A stretch of DNA of 63,812 nucleotides, counting the filler, from Choristocarpus tenellus KU-1152 (taxonomy: Eukaryota; Protista; Phaeophyceae), in assembly GCA_964200185.2 (NCBI GenBank). It is 12 parts of 12 records of this genome, joined end to end, with 100 filler letters (N's around TTAATTAATTAA, not from the genome) between each part and the next. Parts side by side here need not be neighbours in the genome. Positions count along the whole stretch, not along the records: positions 9,253 to 16,662 come from CAXNAD020006197.1; positions 16,763 to 20,980 come from CAXNAD020015628.1; positions 21,081 to 24,558 come from CAXNAD020019765.1; positions 24,659 to 28,981 come from CAXNAD020015118.1; 8 more parts are not named here. The stretch is one strand, 5' to 3'. This document shows, in pieces, positions 13,428-25,517 of the stretch. Every line of letters starts with the position of its first letter. The first letter of the stretch is position 1. Position numbers and translations under genes: made by a program. The notes under the pieces are model-generated. The model was not told the origin of the DNA. It saw nothing but the letters and a program-made list of their open reading frames with translations, and did not search any database.

Positions 13428-13670
13428 GAGTGAAAGTATCTTAGAGGGTACGAATTTTGCCCTGTTTGGGTACCCACGGGTTTTTTTATTACATTTCCCT
13501 AGTCCAAAATATTTCAGAGTAGGTAATATGTAACGTTATGAAAAGGTATGTCCGGAACAAGGATATTGACACTTCCTAACAAACGCGATAGCCAAAATTA
13601 CATCAAAATTGCAACATTGGATTTTTGCTCCCAAATGGACGCGACTCTACCCTCTAAGATACTTTGGCTC
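13428..13670 (+). mobile_element. MITE family A copy, TSD TCAT
   Basis: tcat|GAGTGAAAGTATCTTAGAGGGTA...TACCCTCTAAGATACTTTGGCTC|tcat. 23-bp imperfect TIR and perfect 4-bp TSD. Confidence 0.95.
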
Positions 13671-14599
13671 TCATGTAGTTTGTAGCCCTTTTAGGTATCT
13701 ACATATCCCTCTGCTCAAAAAGTATAGAAAAATACTCTGCCATTGATTTGTGTCATGGTAATTGTTTTGACTTGATGAAGTAAATAAATGGCCTCGTCGT
13801 TGATTTAAGCATGGTGAAATACAGTACTGAAACGATCTTTTTGTAGATGTACCCCGAATTTTGATTCACAGTGGCGAGTATGGTATACAGGGAGGGTTGG
13901 GGTAAACGAGAGGTTCCCTCGAGCTGCAAGGGGATGGCGGTTGACGGTATATTTCAAAATTCAGTGTTTTTGAGGAACATCTACATTAAAAAAATGTAAC
14001 AATCTTTGAAAGCTCAAAACAAGACAGAAATCTACCCTCCTAGGTCAAAACTGGCGCTATATCTCGGATGTGTGTGTGTTTTGACGGAGGGAATATAAAG
14101 AACAGGTTGTGATGCAAAATTACGAAAAATGGGTTACCCAGTGATAACCTTGGTACTTTGCGTAAAAGAAGCGAGTAGGTCCTAAGAAATCTGATATACA
14201 CCAATATAAATATGTAATGAGAACGAAACCCTATGTGACAAACTGCACACAGTGTAATGGGTTTTAGAGTTCCATTTGCAACAGAGAAAAAATTGTTGTT
14301 GAGGTTCAAAAATGTTCACCCCTGATGTACTATGTTTATATTTGCGTGTATTTTCGTGATGCGATTACACTTAGGCCATATCTAGATACTAATGTGAACC
14401 CAAGTATTGAACCAAAGTCATTGCTTTTCAAGCATTGACAACTAGACCAAGCCACTAGTTGACAACAGGGACACCGTTTTTGCCAAATACGAGCCAATCG
14501 ACAGTTGTACGACCACAGTCCATGAAATGAACCGCAGTGTCAACTTGGCATATCTAATATAAGCAGGATATGAGTGCCTGACAGTTGCCAAATTCAGCA

Positions 14600-15000
14600 A
14601 CACAGATCCAAGGAAAATAAGAGGTGATGAACTTGAGGTTCAGACCCCCAATTCTACATGTTACAAAACAGTTTACCAGCGTCCCTGGGAACTGTTGTAA
14701 AGTGTATGACTATACTGATGCTTCTGAGTGGTCCGTATACACCTGGAAACTCTATGAATGTGGTAAATCTATCATGTCTAAACTGCACAAACTTGGTCGT
14801 TGGAGACTGTGTGGCACAGGAATAGACAAATCTAACAAAAAAAATACGCCCTTACTTAAACATCTAACAGAAACAAGAAATTCTTATTTCATCTCATGGG
14901 CATGCTTGAAGTTGCACCTCTCGCCTTCTTCAACCGACCTACAAGCTTCGGATAAAAGCCTCTGTCAGAACATGCCATAGATTCAAGGGCGAGGGATACT
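14600..15000 (-). mobile_element. Possible highly decayed LTR-retrotransposon remnant
   Basis: Isolated motifs only: GERCNFKH (CCCH zinc-finger-like, ~14900-14930) and FQVYTDHS (Gypsy RNase H-like, ~14725-14750). Frames are broken. Confidence 0.2.
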
Positions 15001-16947
15001 TCTCCTCCCAATCTCTCCCTTTACCACACTCAGGAACACAGACTTCTTCGCAGTGAGCGATTCGATATCCTCCTCACGCAGCGTCCTTTTCGCATTTCCT
15101 CCCCCATCACATAACCTATCTAGGATTCCTTCGCGCACATAGCAGTAGTCATCCAGGATATGTGCTCAGCAGATTTTCCAGCCTTCATCAATTTGAACCC
15201 GTGGTCATGTCTAACCTGCTGGAGGACACAGATTTACACATGGTTGTATGTTGATGTCAATCTCTTGACCGAGCGGAGGAGGAACTTCCAACACGCAAAC
15301 CTCTATACATTTTGTTGTCATTGCGATGTTGAACTTACCATCACAGTGGATTGATTGCGGGCCAGCCAGCCCGCAGCAGGGGTTGCCACCTTATCTAGGA
15401 TCGTCACCGTTATCATCTTCTCCCTACAGCACTTCCCCCTTTAGTGACGGATTCCATCCCCAGATTTGTGCCGTCTGCCACTTTTTCTTCTACTCCCTGT
15501 TTCTCTGCACAGAAGATAAAATATTTTTGAAGTAGCGCCGTGGTTACGTCCTTTCCTTTCTCATTCTCAGAGTCCAGACCTTCATTACCAGACCTCACTG
15601 CGCAACGCTCCGCTGATGTCTTGGAGGTTGTGAACACATGTTGAACTTCGACAGCTTCCTAACAAGGCCTTTCACACACTGGGGATATTGGTTCCTGCAC
15701 AGAACAGTATAGGTCATCACCATGCCTCCCGGCTGGGTGCTCAGGTTTGTAATTGCGTTCCATGCATGGTTCGTGTTTTCTCGAACACTTCCTCCAGATC
15801 ATGTACTATCGTTACATTTCCGTCTTGTGTTATGATGATGCATGTTCCATGGCTTGAGCCTGGAACAGCGGATGTGGGGACAAAGGAAGGGCAAAGGAAA
15901 TCAAACTTGAACACCAATCGAGGATCGTCGCGGACGTTTCTATATAGTGACCATTTCGTGTATGTGTTTGGTACTTTGACGGTGAGAGCTTCCCTACATA
16001 AATTGACTGGTCAGTATATGTCATGGACATACTATTTGATTGGCCTTGCCTTTTCTGTTTATGTGCTACATATATTTATGAAAAATAGAGATACAGATAC
16101 ATTTTAGGGGAAGATTTAATACATCACGAAGGATGAAATATTTCGAGGTTCCCAATAGAGAAAAAAATACTTAGTACAATTGATTATAGTTGGTAGGGTT
16201 TATAGAAATTGCCTAATTCAAATTTCTAAAGACAAGAACTATCAGCGATAGAGGAAACAGGAAGCTAGCCTGTGTGTAGTCAGAGCTAGAAAAGAGATAG
16301 TGACTCAAAATGAAAAATGTCAAAGGGTGGGATCAGGAGCAATAATCTGCGCCGTGTCCATGGACACAACAAATAAAAACGGAGTTGTATTGGATGAAAT
16401 CATAACCCGTTTTTCATCACCTACCTGGAGATGCACGCACGTACATCTAGAGAAGTCCGACTGTGTGCTAGTGCATGACGCCGAGAATGAAACTGTATGA
16501 AATGTGAAAGAACCTTCAGAGGCTGCCACAGATACTCTGCAACGCACGTAACTGTCGTATAATGGGAAGAGTTATTGAACTATACATAGTCCGGTATCAA
16601 TTTGGGATCACCCTTCGAGAAATTGACGATCTTCAGGAACAGATCACCCCTCCCCACATTCTNNNNNNNNNNNNNNNNNNNNNNNNNNNNNNNNNNNNNN
16701 NNNNNNTTAATTAATTAANNNNNNNNNNNNNNNNNNNNNNNNNNNNNNNNNNNNNNNNNNNNGTGCTCGTACAAAATGCCCAAATTTTCACATTTTTTTT
16801 CAGCATTTCCCTCCCCCCCCCCCTCCCTCCCCCCCCCCCAAAAAAAAATTCCAACCCTGGTGCCACACATCTCGTTTTGCTTAGACTCAGTCTGCGCGTA
16901 CAAACAGGTGTACCCTTTTTTTTTCCACATCATAAGCACCGTCTTAC

Positions 16948-18768
16948 CTTCTCTGCAGTGGAGGCGTATCCATCTGAGCCCACCTGCTTCATGTGCGAAA
17001 CGGTTCGAAATGCCGAGAAAAACTTCTCCCTGTTCCGTATTTGGTCATCACTTGCCCCTGAGTACGAACTGCTTGTGGGTGCTCCGGTGCCCCCAACAAT
17101 GTTTCTGCCAAGGGGGAAACAATGGTTGGAACACCCTGCCTGGCCTGGACCACACCGTAAGTACGGATTTCAATTTTTATCAGTTTCGGTCCCACATGGT
17201 GTGGAAGGAGGCGCATCCGAGATGGTATGAGACTGTTCGGTGGCATTGCAGCTCACAACAGTCCCTCCCACCTCTCAATGCTTATGCGTGGAAAATCCAC
17301 CATTCGATCGGGCCATCGCCTTGAGTGGAAGAGAGTGCTCAAGAACAGTATTTGAGCACGAAAAGGCGCCATTGTGCTCAAGTAGGCTAGCATTGCGTGT
17401 GGCCACGAAGGTCGGTGTTGCTGCTGCCCAGCATCGATCGACATCACGTTGGCTTGGTGATGGAAGATTTTCAGTATATCCGGTTCATGCTGTGATGCAA
17501 TACAGTAGTAACTCACAGTATGAAAAAAATAAATAAAATGGATGGTATCAGAAGTATGCTACTTGTAGCAACCAGTGGAATGCCTCACCTCTCGGGTAGG
17601 GAAGCAGTTGATGCTCTATTGAACAGCATGTCTGTCCCAAAAACCAGTTTGCCTGTGCTTTGTGAATCAATGGACAAACTATCGTCTGGGAGGGTAGACA
17701 CTGTCTCCTTCTCGGAGGGTGGAGGTGACGGCGGGGGCTTTCTGCGTCGCTTGACCAAGCTGTTACGGAAAATATAGACATATTTGATTACACAAAAATG
17801 TGACCAGGAGAGTTTCAGCCCTGGAGTTGGTGTGTATGCTGAAGACAAAGTTTGAGGATGCGACTCTGACTAGTCTGAGAAGGGTGAAAGTAGAAAATAA
17901 TAGGTACTGCCTGCTTAATAGTAGAAGGGAGATATTGGTACGGTTTATGTTAAGGCATTGAGTGAGCAAGGCTAGAACTAACAGCATAGAGCCCCCAAAG
18001 GTAGACACATTCATTCCCACCTCTGGAACACAATGGAACCTTGCGTTGTAGTAGAACTCCGTTGCTTGCATCAACTATTAACCATGTGAATAATGGCACA
18101 CCTTCAAACTCTCAAGCGCAAAGCAATAATGATAAATGAGTTCATTACCGATCTCTAGGTTGTACCAGTGAATAAGAAACTGCCTAAATCCCTCGCCTTA
18201 GTGCAGCCGCGTTCATGAAATGAGCTGTAATGGCCTCCCCGCAACTTGTTTCGAACCCCTCGATTGTCGTCTCTAGTCCTGCTGGTTCAGTCAGGCTTCT
18301 GTCATCTGTTGTGCTTTGCATGGTTGAAAATCCACCCATGTTGGCGACTTGGGAAACACAGATTTTTCCCATTGCCTTGGCCCTGGATTTGGCTTTATCC
18401 CTCGAGATCAGGGGTACGAGAGGGTTGATGCCCAGAAAAAGACTTTCTCCGCCTCTCGTAGCTGTAGGTATGTGCCTCGGGCGATGGCGTTTCTTGTGTC
18501 GCCTTACAAGGCAGACTTGCTTGCTAGGGAACGAAGACGTATGACAACCTCGGCAAGTAAGAGCAGGAGTGGAGGTCGTTGTTTCTAACACCGGATCCAA
18601 AGCAGAGGTTTTGGGTTTTGCTGTTTTGATCACAGTCCCGTGCTTGTCGTGACTGACATAGCGATTTGAATGTCTCACAGGTGATTTCTCCCCCAATAAT
18701 ATGTGGATTGAAGCCCTAACATGGGCTCTTTCTGAGAGCGGAATTGTGCCTTCCATCTTCTCCAGCTC
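16948..18768 (-). CDS. Unknown Ser/Thr/basic-rich protein, partial (3 exons)
   Basis: Exons 18768-18197 (ELEKMEGTIPL...AAAL, ending at a GC donor AAG|GCGAGG), 17759-17589 and 17104-16948 (..DDQIRNREKFFSAFRTVSHMKQ.., donor GTAAG) join in frame. First exon not resolved; no recognisable domain. Confidence 0.55.
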
Positions 18769-19348
18769 CTATTTATGATCCCAATGCAATGGTGGGATGG
18801 GGTTCTTAGAGGTTGCGATAGATGTTGTAGTAGTCGATGTTGTTGTCTGCACGATGTTTTAGGTTGAATTGCGTACATGTTTAACATCTTGAGCCAAGAG
18901 GTGTGGACGTGGACCTGTGTATCACAATAACTGTCGAAAACCAATCATGAATCGATTGTCAGTTTGCCGCAATGTTCTCTCCGTGCAGCACCTGCATCAT
19001 CTTGGCCGAACGAAGTGGACCCTCTTTGTGTACGAGAGATAGTGAACTCACGCATCCCCTTCTCTCCCATGGTGGTGGAAACATTATTTTTTGAGTTAGC
19101 TAACTAGTCTCCTGCTCCAATGTATCGTTGTCGGAGGATGGGGATAGAAAAACGTTGATTGCACCTGACCCGAGTCGTGCAGGTTGTTCAACTTTGAGAG
19201 TGTGTAGAGTAAGTAGTAGGAATGAGAAACGTCAATTCCAGTGGAAACGCCTCCGCCAGGTGGTTGCAATTGCCTCAACAACTACAATAATACACTACAC
19301 TACTGTTGTAAGGGATATATATATATAGATATCGAGCCGAGAGTAAGG

Positions 19349-20980
19349 ATGCCGAATACTGATGAGAAGAAGAGGAAGAGGATAATAGATAGGTAAGGTA
19401 GAAGAAATTTTCGTCTATCTGTATGGCAGAACTTGCCTTGGTGATGCAAGTGTTGGCAGCTCTTTTCCTTAAGCGATCGTATATACGAGATGTTCCTCCC
19501 TTCCTTAAGCAATCGACCGTTAATGCGACTTCTATCTCCCACTCCCTCATCCCTACAGTGATGATGACGAGGATGATATCCCTATCGCATATCTAAAGAA
19601 TCAGGACTCTTCTTCCAAGGTGCGGTACAGTATCTTGACATCTCTAGTGAAGCTTTATCGTGTTGTGGTTTGCCTGTCTTGGAATGGCTGCAAGTAGGTC
19701 ATTTCGAAGCGAAACAGTTCCCCATGACTTCACAACTTTTTTTTTCATGGTGAGTCGATTGATTTCCTTGCCTCACTCACCACATGAAAATATAGGGTTT
19801 GGGGGGGGAGTATCAAACTGGGTACTTGTTCTGGATGGCTGTCTCAATCTTGGCGCGGGCAGATGCTGCGTCGTGCGCATCGGCACCGTCGAGGTGATTT
19901 CCGCAGACAGAATGAAGCTCAAATCAGATTCATTCTTTTTCCCGAATTGCCCCGCTCGCCTTGACTGTGTTCACTTTTGGCAGGCCACTATGGCATCAAC
20001 AACGAAAAGGTCGACTGGTGCGAGGTGAGTTTGCTGAAGGTGTTCCATGCATCATCGCTGAAATATGGATCCATTGTTGGAACCTAGCCAATTTTTTTTA
20101 GGCATAGCCGCATTTTCCCAACTTTTCTATCAACGGAAAGAACAATCCGCGCCCAGATTTGTGTATTGCGGCCCTTCTCATAGGTGACGCCCTTGTGAAA
20201 GCTGATTTCCCCAACTCAATACTGCACAGTTCCGAAGGCTCGGATGATGAAATGCCTCTGGCGCAACTTGCGCGGAAGCACAAAAAATCGTCAGCTACAG
20301 AAGACAGCGATGATGAACTCTCTCTTTCTGCGATTACGATGAAGGTGATGCCATCGCCACCTGAAAGATGACTTCTTTGTGCTACAGTTTCGATCGTTCT
20401 TTGATGCGCACCAAGCCAACCTACAAAATAGAGAGATGGACACAGTAGTCGGAAGAAGGTGAACAGCACACCTCTTTTTCAGGAGTAAGTCCTGGAATAC
20501 TTTTGTCCAGCCCCTCCTCCGTCACACGTATCAGGGGCTGATATTGAGACAAAGGATGCTTGACCCAGGACCTCCAGTAGTACCCATGGGCAAAATCTTC
20601 CATGCTCTTACCTAGTATTCCAAATCCCCCAAATCAGGACAGTGCTCACCATATCTACCCCTAACAGAAGTGTTTTGTCAGGTCACTCATGCGGCAAGGC
20701 ATCCAACATTCCTTACAGGTTCCCCATCCCCATCCCCATCCCCAACCCCCCTCAACTCTATCCCCCCACATGCTTGAACCCTTACAATGGACATGGTGAA
20801 ACATATCACAGGTTAAAGCAAAATCGGCACCAAAGCCCAAACCGGCCAAAAGCGCAGGAGCGGCAAAGCTGGTGTCAAAGAATGGATCGTCCGCAACGGG
20901 GGCGGGGGGGAAGGGGGGGAAGGGGGGGCAGGGGGCTGAGAGCGCGACGCCAGCGAGGACAGGGGGCAGGAAGACGCCGG
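19349..20980 (+). CDS. Unknown protein, N-terminal part with NLS-like KKRKR, repeated acidic SDD(E/D)-hydrophobic motifs and a Lys/Gly-rich segment
   Basis: Exons 19349-19392, 19559-19619, 19984-20024, 20230-20344, 20432-20458 and 20812-gap are phase-compatible: MPNTDEKKRKRIIDSDDDEDDIPIAYLKNQDSSSKATMASTTKRSTGASSEGSDDEMPLAQLARKHKKSSATEDSDDELSLSAITMKRDGHSSRKKVKAKSAPKPKPAKS... Confidence 0.72.
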
Positions 20981-21080
20981 NNNNNNNNNNNNNNNNNNNN
21001 NNNNNNNNNNNNNNNNNNNNNNNNTTAATTAATTAANNNNNNNNNNNNNNNNNNNNNNNNNNNNNNNNNNNNNNNNNNNN

Positions 21081-21270
21081 GTAATTTCGGCTATCACGTT
21101 TGTTAGGAAGTGTCAATATCCTTGTTCCGGACACACCTTTTCATAACATACACATTTTACCTACTCTGAAACATTTTGGAGTAGGAAAATGTCATAACAA
21201 ACTCCGTGGGAAGCCAAGTCCCAAATGGGCAAACTGGGCAAAACTCGTACCCTCTAAGATACTTTCACTC
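21081..21270 (-). mobile_element. MITE family A copy, cut by contig end
   Basis: Ends TACCCTCTAAGATACTTTCACTC; interior matches other copies. Confidence 0.9.
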
Positions 21271-21456
21271 ATTAATCTATGGTAATATAAATTGTAACAT
21301 GTGACGATCAATACACATGATAATGCAATATTTTTCAACATTTTTTTTTCTAAAGGCTGCAAATGCTGCCTCGTACAAAACTAGTACTTGATTTTTTTGG
21401 CTGCCCCCGAATACCAAAATTAGCTATCAACTCCCCTCACGAGAAAATAGACTTAC

Positions 21457-24134
21457 CCAGTGGGTACGCAGCAGGGAGGCGTTCGTGCAACGCCTGGTAC
21501 CGCTGCTCCACCTTTATGATGACGTCTTTGGGAACGCTCTTGAGCTGATAGGGTGGTGCATCTTGGATACGAGGCGGGTGGCCGATGAAGAGGTCGTGCG
21601 GAGGGGCATTGGGGTCCATAGCAAGGTCTCCGCCTATCTCACTCCATTCTGTGTTGTCCATGTATCGCTTAACGCTAACCTTCACCCGCCCATCACCGCC
21701 TTTTTCAACACGGAAAGCCCTGTAGCTCGTGATGTTCGGGACACGGTTGACGCGACCACGAAGGAGTCCCTTGAAATTGCCCTCATTCCGCAGGGTCTTG
21801 TGGTATACCGGAACCTCCGTGTAAGAGGCCTGCAGCTCTTCACCCAGCTGTGTTCTGGTGAATATGTTTTTCCCTTTTATCCCACGCGAGAACCTGAAGG
21901 TGAAATGCATGCAAGTAAGTTAATTTCGAGGTGGGGGTGAAGAAGCGAAGTGGAGAAGCAAGATATATATGCCGGCACATGCTCTGATGAATCATGTATA
22001 TGGAAGTATAGATATAAAAATGGGTGATGCGTACATTTTTATTCATTGTTTTTTTGGGGGAGTATGTTACGAAACAGTTTAGGCAGCTGCTCTTGTAGGT
22101 AAATTTCGTTGTGGGGAAATCAAAAGCCAATATATCAATTACAGCGTGCAACCATAAACCTTCAATTGGTGCAACAGGTGTGAGCTGCAAGTCTCAAGGC
22201 AGTATCTGTCCGTGTAAAAACACTATGTGGATATCGAACTTGCATATATATATATATATTGCCTAATTACCTGGAGAAGATCTGATCGATTTTGATGTGC
22301 GTGTGCCCCACCATCATAAAATGTATCTCGACAACACGAATGACGCTCACCGCAACCAACAGCCCCGCGTATCCGAGAAAGAAATTGTTCTTGTTCTCTG
22401 AGACACAGTTGTCGACCTGGCCAGTTTGGGGAGTTGGGAGCGAGGGAGGGATGGGCGTGAGGCCAATATGTCAGCCCAATTCGCCGCGTTTCGAGGAGGA
22501 ACAGGGTAGGAAAGAGTATTGCTAGAGCGCATGCTCTACGTCACCGCCGTAACACATGCAGGTTGCAACACACAAACCAAAACAAAAGACCGTGCAGTTA
22601 GTTACTTGATGACTGGTATTCAGCAAGTATGTGTTGAATAGGTCGTGTCAAGATGAAACCTTCTTACCTGCCAATGCGCGTGCTGGATGATGTGACTCCC
22701 CGAGTCATCGAGGCTGTTGCGGTACTTGTCGATAAGCCTTGTGAGGGCAAGGTGTGTGGCTGTGCAGACAAGGTTGCAACCTGCGCGAACAATGATGTTC
22801 AACAACTGTTGGTAAAAATGTACTCTGCTCATCTAGGCATTGTATATTTGGAGCTAAAAGAGGGGTAATGTAATTCGTTTATGCAGTTTAGAGGACATAC
22901 ACCCATACGGTTGATGTACATGTCTGCGATCTCCACAACCCGCTGATTAGCTCTTACGATACTCTACAGTACGTACCTCCTCCAAGATTGATAGGAGAGA
23001 AGAACACCTCCGCGAACTGGCCTTCGACGTGTGCGGCCATGATCTTCTGGCGCTCGGAGTAGCCCCTGATAAGGGGGACACGAACGAAAGTAACATGTAA
23101 AGAAAGGTCATCACGACGAACTGAATAGGTAGTGGAATTATGTGGATTTGTTTTGGCGATTATTTCTTGGGATTTTGCACTCATCCGTAGGACAAAATAA
23201 CTTCGTCTGTTCGGTTCCGCAATATTCAGCAAAGTTCTTGTCGAATGGACTGTGTGTGCGTGCGGTTACCTGTCACCGCCGTGGGTAGGTGGGTAAAGTG
23301 CTGGGAGGGCGTGTGCTGTCTGGTTCGCGGCGTCTACGGACATGAACATGAAATTGAGAGGTTTGCCGTCGGCTTTGGCCCGCATGGCGTTGCTGGTCCT
23401 GTTGGCGATGACCTGTTGATCCGCTTTGATAATCTGGCGAGTGAGGGACAGTAACATCACGTGAATTATTCAAATAAACCTGCTCAGATTTAAAAAAAAA
23501 TGCCGCCATTTAACATGTACCAGGTTGGTTAGTAGCAAAGAAGTAGTCCGGATATCAACCGATGATAATATTGGGATATGTTTTTTATTGCTGCGTTCAA
23601 AACAAAAACCACGCTATCGGGATGGTAGGAAGTACATACGTACCGGACCGGAAGATCGCTACATGACCCGCCCCTCCCACATCACGTAGCACACTATGAG
23701 GAAGCGGTCCGTCTTACAAGGTGTTTGGGCAGCTAATAACAGCAAGTTTTGTGGTGAGTGAGGCCACTGTTGCTGTCATAAACACCCACGTGGGAGTCTT
23801 CATTCACAAAAGGACACAGATTCACTCAGGGTTAGGAGGGCAATGACGACGACCTTTCGCCACTGTATGCTTGATGCAAAATTAACGCTGGACACCTACC
23901 TCTCGATGGACTCGATGACGGTGGAGTCGTTGGTGGGTTTTACACCAGGCGCACCGTGCCACTTCTCTTTTAACGTGACACATATGTCACATTTCATAAA
24001 CTCGCCTCCTACCCTCACACGGATGTTGGACCTTTCCTCTCTGAGCAATCGTATGAAGTACTCCTTGCTTACCCGCTTGGAAGGGTCATCAGGATACACC
24101 CGTATCGCCTCTTTGCAAAAATCCATGTATAGCT
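21457..24134 (-). CDS. Intron-containing DDD transposase, Sola-like/DUF7869-like (partial, at least 6 exons)
   Basis: Exons 24134-23900 (..FIRLLREERSNIRVRVGGEFMKCDIC..), 23433-23270 (FMSVDAANQ), 23065-22977, 22780-22668 (GCNLVCTATHLAL..HWQ), 22416-22271 (VDNCVSENKNNFF..HFMMVGHTHIKIDQIFSR) and 21893-21457. The last five join in frame. A small exon between the first two is required by phase and was not identified. DN...ENKN and GHTH..IDQ.FS are family hallmarks. Confidence 0.85.
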
Positions 24135-24658
24135 CTTAAATTAAAATGTTGGTTGTGTGGGCAAGTGAGGACTTATTGCGAAGGAAAAATCGAAGAGCAC
24201 CCCTGCAACATCTATCGAATGCGGACTGACAAATAAATCTACTGAGAACGCGGATGTTTGAATAGCAGTATATATTTTGAATTGCAGTATATGTATCAAT
24301 GGTTGTATATATTTGTATGATAGTAGTGTGTGTTTGTATAATAGTAGTATATATTTGTATACATTTGTATAATGGTCGTAGGCCTGTTACTTGGACTAGT
24401 CGGTATGGATGAGCTCAAATTACGTGTTTGGCGGGCGCAATTGTATCCGACCGCGCGACTTATACATACAGAGTGTGTCGGAGATCCCATAAAGGTACCT
24501 GTCCCTGACATTGCCCCCCCCCCAGTGTGGATTTTATTCGATACGAACACAAAAGGAGNNNNNNNNNNNNNNNNNNNNNNNNNNNNNNNNNNNNNNNNNN
24601 NNTTAATTAATTAANNNNNNNNNNNNNNNNNNNNNNNNNNNNNNNNNNNNNNNNNNNN

Positions 24659-24882
24659 CTGTTTGTCCATTTGGGGCTTGGCTTCCCTCGGATTTTTTTA
24701 TGACATTTTCCTACTCCAAAATTTTTCGGAGTAGGTAAAATGTATACGTTATGAAAAGGTGTGTCCGCAACAAGGATACTGACACTTCCTAACAACACGA
24801 TAGCCAAAATTACATCAAAATCGCAACATTGGATTTTGGACCCCAAATGGACGTGGCTCTACCCTCTGAGTTACTTTGACCC
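24659..24882 (+). mobile_element. MITE family A copy, cut by contig start
   Basis: Interior matches; degenerate right TIR taccctctgagttactttgaccc. Confidence 0.88.
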
Positions 24883-25517
24883 AAACCACATCCATCTTTG
24901 GGTTGAACAAACTGCTGTGATGAAATCCCTACCGCCCCGCCCCTTGAGGTGAATCTGACAGGAGAAAATGCGGTGACATATCACCCCCCACACCCTAATA
25001 GCATCAAAAATGCACACATAAACATACACAGCACTATGTATACAAAATATATCTGACAAGTAACTCTCTTCCCATTGCAGGTCAAAGAGAACCACAACCA
25101 AGCAAACACTGCAAACATCCAACGATGAAGTTTGTAACACAAACAAAAACAAGACTAGACTGTTCCTAATCTCCAGGAACACTTAACATCAAAACAAAAC
25201 CAACAAACACACTACCGATTCACCACAAACAAATTTACTTCAATATGAGATAGAGAAGATAGGGTATAATCCACTCCTCTTCTCAACCTATTCAACAATC
25301 ATATATGAATGCACAACTAAGGATTAACACCAGCTTCTTTACCACAAGTGGTAGAACCTCAATCCCTTTGAACAAAGCACAAGCACCTGGTACAGTCAAC
25401 TAAATAATCATCGTCACAGAGCAATCGTATCTCATACATTATCTTTTGTTCCCCTCTCTCCCCCAATCAGTGCAACATCATAGCGCATGGTTTACAAATT
25501 CGATTTCCGTTTGATTG

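Noticed and set aside
19275-19550. - strand ORF with a strong-looking GC donor (CAAG|GCAAGT)
   Set aside because: Overlaps exon 1 and intron 1 of a better-supported + strand gene model.
19349-20980. Calling this gene TOP1
   Set aside because: Only generic acidic motifs are visible; no topoisomerase core in the window.
21100-21285. Recurrent ORFs MLGSVNILVPDTPFH... (also 32555-32785, 50444-50737, 24607-24846)
   Set aside because: Chance translations of MITE family A; frames are not conserved among copies.
21081-24882. MITE A copies as the two ends of the transposase element
   Set aside because: The copy at 24659 is on a different contig, and both look like ordinary MITE copies that caused assembly breaks.
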